From the NCBI RefSeq assembly GCF_006345805.1, contig NW_021824840.1, positions 1 through 64,000 on the forward strand: 64,000 nt of DNA. The letters are read 5' to 3'. The translations under genes were made by a program, and so were the position numbers. This document shows, one piece after another, positions 53,722-64,000 of the stretch (its first letter is position 1; every line of letters begins with the position of its first letter). The notes beneath the pieces are model-generated. The model was not told the DNA's origin. It was given only the letters and a program-made list of their open reading frames with translations, and did not search any database. Source of the stretch: Octopus sinensis. Its lineage: Eukaryota.

Positions 53722-54316
53722 AAGGTTGCTGTTGTTGTTGTTATCGTCGTCGTCTTAACCCTCACCCCCATCGATCGAACAGACCAATGGTTTAAGATAT
53801 TCCGTCCATAACCATACCACCTAGTCTAAAAGCCACATTATCCAGTGTGTCCTTTTCACTCATAAAAACGATAAAGGCGTCATTTGAAAGAGATTTGGTA
53901 CTGCGAAGCTCCCCCGATTTTTCAGGGATTTAGCTGGAGAAATACGACGGCTGTGAAGGGCTTCTACAAAAATAATCCTAGTTGTTATAGGTTCCCTAGG
54001 CTCCGTCACTAACAGACTTAACAACTCCCTTATTGAGATTGGTGTAACTACAAGAGTTGCATTGATTCAGAAATCTGCTCTATATTTACGTCGTATTTCT
54101 CCAGCTACATCCCTGAAAAATCGGGGGAGCTTCGCAGTACCAAATCTCTTTCAAATGACGCCTTTATCGTTTTTATGAGTGAAAAGGACACACTGGATAA
54201 TGTGGCTTTTAGACTAGGTGGTATGGTTATGGACGGAATATCTTAAACCATTGGTCTGTTCGATCGATGGGGATGAGGGTTAAGACGACGACGATAACAA
54301 CAACAACAGCAACCTT
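53722..54316. repeat. Long near-perfect inverted repeat (228-bp arms, 139-bp spacer)
   Basis: Arms 53722-53949 and 54089-54316; I count two mismatches. Confidence 0.97.
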
Positions 54317-54912
54317 ATTATTATTATTATTATTATTATTATTGTTGTATTATTATTATTATTATATTATATTATTATTATTATTATTATTGCATAAGCC
54401 GTATAAGTGGAACAGCTGATGTTTGGAGACATCAAAGATAGTCGCTGACCTGAACGGAGCAGCAGCAACTTAACACACGCATGCACACACATATGTATGT
54501 GCGTGTGTATAACATATATATATATATTATATATATATATATATATATATTATAATATTATATATATTATATATTATATATATACACGCGCCAAAATGAG
54601 GGCGGAAAAGTGAAGTAGATGAAGCAAGTCCAAGGTCAAATAAATACAAAGTCGTATTTGAAATATTAGACGTCTCAATAAAGGCAGGATTTATATATAC
54701 ATTTATGTGTATATTTGGACATTTGCGCTCACGCCATTATGCAAGCTATTAGCTTGTCGTCACTTGCATTCTGCATGAACATAATTAATCCATATATTTA
54801 CATCAAATATACATGTATGTGTGGGTGGGTCTATATGTATATATATATATATAATATTATAACATGTATGTGTGGGTGGGTCTCTCTCTCTCCTCTCTCC
54901 TCTCTCTCTCTC

Positions 54913-54967
<55 letters not shown>

Positions 54968-55057
54968 TATATGATAGATAGATAGATAGACAGATATAGA
55001 TGTAAGTACACATAATCTTATCGAGTTTTCCTTTTTTTTAGGTACCTACTTATATTA

Positions 55058-55157
<100 letters not shown>

Positions 55158-55651
55158 TATAATGGCCTTGGAGCGGAAAAAATTATAATTTCAAAATACA
55201 CTATGACGTTTGCTACCCTCTTCTAAGTTCTGTGTTCATATCGTGTCGAGGTCACAGTTTAACATTAGCCATTTTAGCTTCTATAGAATAAATACCAGTC
55301 AAGAACAGGAAATCCGATTTAATTGATTGTTACCTTACCCTAAAATTCGAGACCCTATATAAATGTTAGAATACATTATAACGCAGTTGATTGGCAGATT
55401 TGTTAAAACCGGTTGTGAGGTCAAATCCTGCCGTGTGCAATTTTACCTTTCATCCTCCCATGATAGATAACCTAAAGTACCAGTGAAAAACGGAGGCCAA
55501 TATAATCAACAAACCACTCTCCTACAAACCACTCTCCTGGATTTGTGCCTCCGTTAGAAAACGATGATTAATGTTGAGCTGGAAAAAATCGTTAGCGTAT
55601 TAGGACAAAATTCTCAACGGCATTTCTTTACCTTCTGAGTTCATATCCCGC

Positions 55652-56032
55652 TGATACTCTTTTACTTGTTTCAGTCATTTGACTGCGGCCATGGTGGATC
55701 ACCGCCTTTAGTCGAGCAAATCGACCCCAGGACTTATTCCTCGTAAGCCTAGTACTTATTCTATCGGTCTCTTTTGCCGATCCGCTAAGTTACGGGGACA
55801 TAAACGCACAGAGGCACACAAACACAAAACACACACACACCACACACACATACACATATATATATATATACATTTATACGACGGGCTTCTTTCAGTTTCC
55901 GTCTACCAAATCCACTCACAAGGCTTTGGTCGGCTCGAGGCTACAGTAGAAGACACTTGCCCAAGGTGCCACGCAGTGGGACTGAACCCGGAACCATGTG
56001 GTTAGTAAGGAAGCTACTTGCCACAGCGACTC
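55652..56032 (-). mobile_element. OK-like SINE
   Basis: Near-consensus copy. Confidence 0.88.
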
Positions 56033-56164
56033 TTGCTGATGTTAACTTTTGCCTTCCGTCCTTCAGGGTCGATAAAATGAGTACAAGTGTGTGGGGGTTG
56101 AAGTAGGTTGAGATGGGGTGAATTCACATAAAGAATCTTGCAAACAAGATACAAAAACGAAATA

Positions 56165-56199
<35 letters not shown>

Positions 56200-56244
56200 A
56201 TAAAGTTTCGGAATGTAGATCACGAAGCAAGGAAAGCTGTAAAT

Positions 56245-56756
56245 TAGTGGTTCTCAACAAGCGTTCATATGACCTTTGGGGTCCATATGACTCTTGAGGT
56301 CCATATGGCCCTTGGGGGTCCATATAAGATTTTGTTGTTAAAATTTATTTGCAATAAATTGGTCAAACGTTACAATACACAAATTTAAAAAAAAATTTTA
56401 AATACAATTCTTAAAAATATTTCATTATTAAAAAAAACGGTGAGGTGGCAAAATCATTAGCACACCGGACAAAATGCTTGCCGACATTTTGCCCGGCTTT
56501 ACTTTCTGAGTTCAAATTCCGCCGAGGTCGACTTTGCCTTTCATTCTTTTAGGGTCGATATAATAAGAACCTGTTGATCACTGGGGTCGATATAATCGAC
56601 TCATCCACTTCCCAAAAATTGCTGGCCTTGTCCAAAATTTGAAACTAATATTTAATCGTAATACGACTTTTTTAAACATTGAATTGTCCTGAGGGTCCAC
56701 CCAAGTATAATAAGAATCAGCAGTGTCCATAAGCCAAAAATGGCTGAAAACCATTG
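56245..56756. mobile_element. hAT/Charlie-like MITE containing a nested SINE
   Basis: Ends TAGTGGTTCTCAAC and GCTGAAAACCATTG; 8-bp TSD CTGTAAAT/CTGTAAGT. Confidence 0.75.
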
Positions 56757-56884
56757 CTGTAAGTAATAACGTGTAAATATTGGGTTAAAAAAACACTTTG
56801 GAAAGAGGAAGTCGACGGTTGCCCGTACGAATCGAACTCACAATTTCTGTACACATAACAGGCGTTTTTATGACGTCAAAGAAC

Positions 56885-56933
<49 letters not shown>

Positions 56934-57024
56934 TAATATATATATATATATACACCCACACAAATCTACATACATATATGTGTGTGTGTGTATATGCATG
57001 TATGCATGTGTGTAAGGGTGTATG

Positions 57025-57408
57025 TGGAAGCACTCCGTCGGTTACGACGACGAGGGTTCCGGTTGATCCGAATCAACGGAACAGCCTGCTCGTGAAATTA
57101 ACGTGTAAGTGGCTGAGCACTCCACAGACACATGTACCCTTAACGTAGTTCTCGGGGATATTCAGCGTGACACAGAGAGTGACAAGGCCGGCCCTTTGAA
57201 ATACAGGTACAATAGAAACAGGAAGTAAGAGTGAGAGAAAGTTGTGGTGAAAGAGTACAGCAGGGATCACCACCATCCCCTGCCGGAGCCTCGTGGAGCT
57301 TTAGGTGTTTTCGCTCAATAAACACTCACAACGCCCGGTCTGGGAATCGAAACCGCGATCCTATGACCGCGAGTCCGCTGCCCTAACCACTGGGCCATTG
57401 CGCCTCCA
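57025..57408 (-). mobile_element. OR-like SINE (young) with long flanking direct repeat
   Basis: Full copy; at least 73 bp duplicated on both sides. Confidence 0.92.
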
Positions 57409-57819
57409 CATATATATATACACCCACACAAATCTACATACATATATATGTGTGTGTGTGTGTATAGGCATGTATGCATGTGTGTAAGGGTGTATGTATA
57501 CATTTATGCACTACTAAACTTAAACTATTTTGTGTATGCGTAATACATTAATAATATGCGCACAGTGGTTCACTGTCAAACAGTTCCGCCTACTCTACGA
57601 AGAAATATATTTATGAACGAATGAAAAAGAAAAAGAGATAGAAAACGAAAGCGAAGGTATGTCTATAGTGGGAAAGGGGAAAGAAAGAGAAGGAAGAAAA
57701 CCCCGAAAGAAAACGAAGTGGTGTGTAAATCCTTATCATTAGTTCCGGAAGTGATTCGAGCAAAGCGGAAGTATCTATCCACAAATGGTTTCTTGATAAG
57801 ATTATATACATATATATAT

Positions 57820-57865
<46 letters not shown>

Positions 57866-58341
57866 AACGGAGCCAATCATCATGTTGGTTTATATATATG
57901 CACTTAAGGTTTAAACATTACGTCTCGTGTCGTACGATTCCAAAATAAGGAAACATCAAGAAGCACAAGAAGGTAAAGATGTTGGCGTCTCTAGAAATGA
58001 CGGTGGGTGGATAAGAGGATAAGAGAAATATAATTTAGTGGGCGACAACATGTATTTCCTTCGTGTGGTCATTATTTACAGAAATAGACCGATATTCCTC
58101 CACCCATTTCCACCAGTGTATCAAGTTAGGTTTATACAAATTTGAAATGTAAGATGGTTGAGTGGATATAAGATTGGACTAAGTTGTTCGTGAGTTCAAA
58201 TCCAAGCCAGTGCAGGTGTATGTATGTATGTATGTATGTATGTAACGGGAAGCTTTATGAAAATAAACAAAAGACGAAGGCAGGTGGAATACAAACAAAC
58301 AATTGTATTAGTATGGCGCTCAGGAATATAAGTAAAACAAG

Positions 58342-58379
58342 TCTTTTACGTTTCGAGCCTACGCTCTTCAACAGAAAGA
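58342..58379 (-). ncRNA. Candidate minimal hammerhead (A6U)
   Basis: UCUUU CUGUUGA A GAGC GUAG GCUC GAAACGUA AAAGA. Confidence 0.5.
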
Positions 58380-58584
58380 TACACAGAAAAGAAACACGGA
58401 GAGAAAAAAAATGCGTGCAGAAGCTAGCGAATCAACATGGCGATGTATGTATGTATGTCTGTGTATGTATGTATGTATATATGTATGTATGTATGTATGT
58501 ATGTAGTATGTATGTATGTATGTATGTATGTATGTATGTATGTATGTATGAATGCATGCCTATATATGTTTGTGTGTTCTTTTA

Positions 58585-59320
58585 TGTCAGTCAGTTGACT
58601 ACGGCCATGCTGGGGCACCGCTTTGAAGAATTTTAGTTGAGCAAATCGACCGCAGTACTTTTTGTTTTTTGTAAAGCCTGGTAGTTATTCTATCGGTCAC
58701 TTTGCCGAACCGCTAAGTTACGGGGACATAAACACACCAACACCGGTTGCCAAGCGGTGGGACACATACACACACAAACGCCACATATATATTTACGAGG
58801 AGTTGTTTTTTTTAAAGTTTCCGGCTACCAAGTTCACTAACAAGGCTTTGGCCGGCCCGGGGCGATAGTAGAAGATACTTGGTGGAGGCGCAATGGCCCA
58901 GTGGTTAGGGCAGTGGACTCGCGGTCATAGGATCGCGGTTTCGATTCCCAGACTGGGCGTTGTGAGTGTTTATTGAGCGAAAACACCTAAAAGCTCCACG
59001 AGGCTCCGACAGGGGATGGTGGTGATCCCTGCTGTACTCTTTCACCACAACTTTCTCTCACTCTTACTTCCTGTTTCTGTTGTACCTGTATTTCAAGGGA
59101 CCGGCCTTGTCACTCTCTGTGTTACGCTGAATATCCCCGAGAACTACGTTAAGGGTACACGTGTCTGTGGAGGGCTCAGCCACTTACACGTTAATTTCAC
59201 GAGCAGGCTGTTCCGTTGATTCGGATCAACCGGAACCCTCATCGTCGTAACCGACGGAGTGCTTCCATCCCAGAAGATACTTGACCAAGGTACTACACAG
59301 TGGGCTGAACCCGGAACACA
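58585..59320 (-). mobile_element. Older OK-like SINE interrupted by an OR-like SINE
   Basis: Body at 58585-58882; head remnant resumes at about 59270-59320. Confidence 0.8.
58883..59267 (+). mobile_element. OR-like SINE nested in an OK-like SINE
   Basis: TSD AGAAGATACTTG. Confidence 0.92.
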
Positions 59321-59475
59321 GCCACGATATATATATGTATGTATATAGGGAGTGTTTGTCCAGGATAGGACTACACAGCCACAGCAGGAACTGTATCAGG
59401 ACATGAAATGTAAAAGCCGGACTAGACTATTTTATGCGAACTCCATTGTCTCCCGAGACAAAAAGGATGCCAACT

Positions 59476-59511
<36 letters not shown>

Positions 59512-59999
59512 TATTATAAAAGGCAGATTTTATCTGCCTCCATTGTATCTTATAGAAATCTACATATAGGATTTCTCAATTACAATTTACCTAGCATTTT
59601 AAGAGTAGAATGCATCGGGTCATGCCAGGTCCAGTTTTTAAAATTTCAACTCAATTAAGCAAAATTTACAGAAAACTCACATTCTGGTGTGTATGTCAAA
59701 TGCTTTTCTTAATGTGGTTTACACCACACGCACACGCACACACACAGTGTGCAATGAATAAAGTGAAAGTAATTCACTGTGTGTTGACAGGTAGAAAATA
59801 GAATGCGATGGCGATTGGCGATGTAATGTAATATTTGTTTCTATCTATGACGCTGATAGATACATGAGTAAAATGTATGGGAAGCTAAGAGATAAGAGTG
59901 AGTGAAAATGTTCTTGGAAGAGAGTAAATAGCGAGAGTGATTGAGGAAGACTTACATTAAATAACCGTAGTGGCTTGTATATATATATATATAATACAT

Positions 60000-60262
60000 A
60001 GACAGTAAGGTGTGATTTGAGGGAGATTTGGCTGCTATTTCTACATGTCTAGCTGCCATGTAGGGGTCTCCCTCATAGGCTCATACATACATATATACAT
60101 AGATAAGACAGTAAGGTGTGATTTGGGGAAAATTTGGCTGCTTATTCTACCAGGTCTAGCTACCATGTAGAGGGTCCCCCTCATTGGCTCATATATATAT
60201 ACATACATAAGACAGTAAGGTGTGATTTGAGGGAGATTGGCTGCGGTTTCTACCAGGTCTGT
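60000..60262 (+). repeat. About 104-bp x2.5 tandem of a retroposon segment (GATTTGGCTGCTATTTCT family)
   Basis: AGACAGTAAGGTGTGATTTG at about 60000, 60105 and 60209. Related pieces at about 6600-6720, 33060-33270, 53730-53905 and 63015-63250. Confidence 0.8.
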
Positions 60263-60976
60263 TAGGCCTTCTCATGTAAACTCAAGCTTTCTCATGCCTT
60301 GAACATGAGACCAAAGCAGAGAATGTATTATTTTATTTCTGCTTTTTTCCAGCCATTGGTTCTGTGGCCATGCTGGGGCAATGCCTTGAAATTGAAGAAT
60401 TGAGTTTAATGAATCAACTCCAGTTTATTTTTGTAAGCATTGTCGTACTTATTCTATCTTTTCCTTTGTCAAACCACTAGGTGACAGGGATGTAAACAAA
60501 CCAACATTCGTTGTCAAGCAGTGGTGGAGGACAATCACAAGCACAGACACGCACACACACACACAAACATACATGCATACACATATACACACATACATAC
60601 ATACATACATATATATATGTGTGTATATATATATTGCAGCGTAGAAGGTGTTTGTAAGCATTTAAGAAACACACAAAAAACCGTTAGATTCACTTCAACA
60701 TTTAAATTTAATTTGCCAAAATATTTCCTCGCTTTGAGACCGCGACCTGTTCATGACAAAAATATCGTGCTAACAGGTCGTGGTCTCAAAGCGACGAAAA
60801 TATTTTGACAAATTAAATTTAAATGTTTGTTGAAGTGAATCTAACGGTTTTTTGTGTGTTTCTTAAATGGCTTATAAACAACCCTTCAACGCTGCAACTG
60901 TTTTCGTTCCAGCACACGATCTCAGATCAAGTCACTTGCTATGCAAGTAAGTACATCTCTGTACTATATATATATT

Positions 60977-61031
<55 letters not shown>

Positions 61032-61103
61032 ATGTATATTGTTCAAAAACAGTAAGATAACAAAAGAAAGAAAGAGACCTCAATATTATGTAAATAGAGG
61101 AAA

Positions 61104-61497
61104 TCTTTATATATAAAAGTGAGGTTGTGTGTCTGTCTCCTACGATTTAGATTCCTAACTACTCCCACATTTTGCGGTGCAGTTTAACCAAAAACGGGTA
61201 TCTTATAGTCGTGATTCATATCGAGACCGTCTGGGTGTTAGAGCGCGTCTACGATGAGTCTACGATTTAAAAAAAAATTTACCATCAATTTTTCCCATTT
61301 TTAATCCATTTTTGAGATATATAAGGGAAGCAACTCTCTAAAATTTATTATTAAATCTCAGTACGTAAAAAGCTACAGTAACACCCCTCCCCTTTGTGGT
61401 TAGCCATATTGAGATGGCTATTATACTTTACATCTCTAAAAATGCTTATATAATTATTTCCCTTACAACACCCGAGCAACGCCGAGCGATACTGCTA

Positions 61498-61498
<1 letters not shown>
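61104..61498 (+). mobile_element. Non-autonomous Helitron (family B)
   Basis: Second copy of 46896-47290 with the same termini. Confidence 0.88.
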
Positions 61499-61551
<53 letters not shown>

Positions 61552-61651
61552 ACAGCATTAAGAATGATAAATTTGTCCTCTACAAAAGTATAGAGTAAAC
61601 ACATCAGATTAATGTAAAATTGTCTTATTTTAACTGAATGAAAAAATAAAC

Positions 61652-61743
<92 letters not shown>

Positions 61744-62289
61744 GTGGATGGAGCGATGGAGGGATGGAGGGAGGGATGTTTATTTTTACTGAAGTATATA
61801 AAAACAGTTTAACATTCACTATAGTAGAGTACATTTTCATTCATTTTCCAATAGAAAAATAATTAAGTTGTCATTAACTTCGAAGTTTGAGTTTAGTAGT
61901 CTATCTTCAAGAAGCCGAATGCAGAGAGAGAGAGGATGAGTAGAGAGGAGAGAGAGAGTGAGTGAGTGAGTGAGTGAGTGAGTGAGTGAGTAAGTGGGTG
62001 AGAGAGTGAGTGAGTGAGTGAGTTAGAGAGAGATAAAGAGAGGGTGGCGGGGAATCGATCCTAATACTCGACTGGTGTGTTATTTGATTTCGAAGGGACG
62101 AAAGGTAAAGTTGACCTCGGCAGGATTTCAACTCAGAAGACAAGCAGATGTGCTGAGGAACAGCCAATTAGCCGTCTTTACCCCCATCTCTCAGATTCAC
62201 ACATCTATTGCAGCGGTCCTTCAGTTTTTCTAAGCCCTGTAAAAGAATTCGGAAAGTTGGGCTTCCAGCCAGGCCTTTCGCGATAATTT

Positions 62290-62846
62290 TAGATTTAAAA
62301 AAAATAAAGATTGTTACTGTACTCAACACGAAAGAAGTCGAAGTGAAATTTGAATGATGATGGTGATGAATTCGCTGTGCAGTAGAAATGATGATGATGA
62401 AGCTGACGGCGGTTCTCTTTCCTGGGACACCTCTTCCACTTCTTCCGAAGGTACAGCCGTAGTAGTAGCAGCAGGAACTGGCTCTTTTTTGCGAGGCTGC
62501 AAAAACATTGTGATAGGAAGTTGCTGCCGGTGCATGTTTTTCCGTTCAAAGAGCATCTTGTAGGGATTCATGACTTCATCGACCTTGTTGCAAAATTGCA
62601 CAGAACGAACCATATCGTCGTCCCATTCCTGTGACCCCTCTTTGAATTCTTTAGCCAGTTAGCAGAGCTTGGCCAGCCGTTCCAAAGTCAAGCCAGTTTG
62701 GTAGACAACTTCTTTTGTTTCTTTGTGCATTTCTTCTTCTTTGGACTTAATGAAAAATTTTAGGTGTTCATATATATATATATTTAAAATCCGCAAAATC
62801 GTGAAGCCGCGATAGTTGGACCGCGAAGTAGCGAGGGATCACTGTA
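62290..62846 (-). mobile_element. Internally deleted Tigger/pogo DNA transposon
   Basis: TA + TIR CAGTGATCCCTCGCTACTTCGCGG at 62821-62846; peptide GLTLERLAKL..EWDDDMVRSVQFCNKVD..RQQLPITMF resembles the Tigger transposase C-terminus; second TIR not found. Confidence 0.75.
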
Positions 62847-62903
62847 CACTTCAGACAAAACATGGCGATCTTGCTCCCACTACTCTCTCTCTATATATAT
62901 ATT

Positions 62904-62950
<47 letters not shown>

Positions 62951-63332
62951 CTCTCTCTCTTTCCTTCTCTCTCTCTCTCTCTCTCTATTTCACTTTACAG
63001 TTCGCGTTTTCCCTATTTAACCCCCAAATCAGAACTGGGTGAGCAGAACTATGATCAAAGACATTTGAGCCAGAACCATCTCATTTTTTTTTTATATCGG
63101 ATAATGTAGTCCTAGATACACAGGGTATCTAGGACTACATTATCCAATGTAACCTTCTTCAATTAAGGCTATATGATGTGATTTTTAAGGAGATTTGACT
63201 GCTATTTGCCGCGACATTGTGGAAATAGCAGCCAAGTCTCCAAATCACATGTCTAACAATGGTACCTATTTAAATCGAAAGAACCCGTGTCACGTCGCTG
63301 ATCTTGCTTAAATTTAAGTTGACAGCAGTGTA

Positions 63333-63700
63333 TGGAAGCACTCCGTCGGTTACGACGATGAGGGTTCCGGTTAATCCGAATCAACGGAACAGCCTGCTCG
63401 TGAAATTAACGTGTAAGTGGTTGAGCACTCCACAGACACGTGTACCCTTAACGTAGTTCTCGGGGATATTCAGCGTGACACAGAGAGTGACAAGCCGGCC
63501 CCTTGAAATACAGGTACAACAGGAACAGGATGTAAGAGTGAGAGAAAGTTGTGGGTGGAAGAGTACAGCAGGGATCACCACCATCCCCTGCCGGAGCCTC
63601 GTGGAGCTTTTAGGTGTTTTCGCTCAATAAACACTCACAATGCCCTGTCTGGGAATCGAAACCGCGATCCTATGACCCGAGTCCGCTGCCCTAACCACTG
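63333..63700 (-). mobile_element. OR-like SINE, slightly 5'-truncated
   Basis: TSD TGACAGCAGTGTA. Confidence 0.9.
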
Positions 63701-63792
63701 ACAGCAGTGTACCACCTCATTGGATCTATTTTTAGCAGGGCAGTCCCCATATCAGTGGAGGTTTCACTTAATGTACCTACTTTCAGTTAAAT

Positions 63793-64000
63793 CAGTGTTC
63801 CGCAAACTTTTGAGGGCTGCCGCATCCTTGATACCAAAGCCAAATTCCTAGCGCTCCCACCCCAGCTAACCATCACAAACAGAGACCTCTTCCTGAAGCA
63901 AATTCAAAGTAACAGTATTTCGCTAATAAAACTTAACCTAACGAATCCATTATTTTCTTGTTTTTACTTGAATCGTCACCCCATTATTGCCCCAATTTTT
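63793..64000. mobile_element. Possible left end of a hAT MITE
   Basis: Starts CAGTGTTCCGCAAAC; the other end is outside the window. Confidence 0.35.

Noticed and set aside
59509-59990. Fifth Helitron starting A|TCTTATTATAAAAGGCAG
   Set aside because: The 5' end looks right but no 3' hairpin or CTRR end could be located.

Overview
This is a repeat-saturated, microsatellite-rich eukaryotic intergenic or intronic window. The host is very probably an octopus, inferred from the tRNA-derived SINE families and repeat style. I find no convincing host protein-coding exon; almost all ORFs in the track are translations of microsatellites or SINEs. Contents: (1) one near full-length CR1/Jockey-group LINE (14.2-18.1 kb, minus) with a CCCH zinc-finger ORF1 and an APE+RT ORF2 broken only by 1-nt indels in short base runs; (2) three abundant SINE families (OK-like, OR-like, Nin/Deu-domain-like), one forming multimers; (3) decayed Penelope, RTE, R4/Dong, Helitron-helicase and Tigger fragments; (4) non-autonomous Helitrons and hAT MITEs with correct termini. 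The most notable signal is a set of minimal, dimer-type hammerhead ribozyme motifs in short repeats. One repeat family carries the canonical C3-G8 core pair flipped to G3-C8 (best copy 27054-27103, minus). Also notable: a covarying 3' stem-loop shared by the LINE and several SINE/LINE tails, SINE multimers with a recurrent junction and flanking TSD, and a 228-bp-arm near-perfect fold-back. Family names are from recognition, not database searches; many boundaries are approximate.
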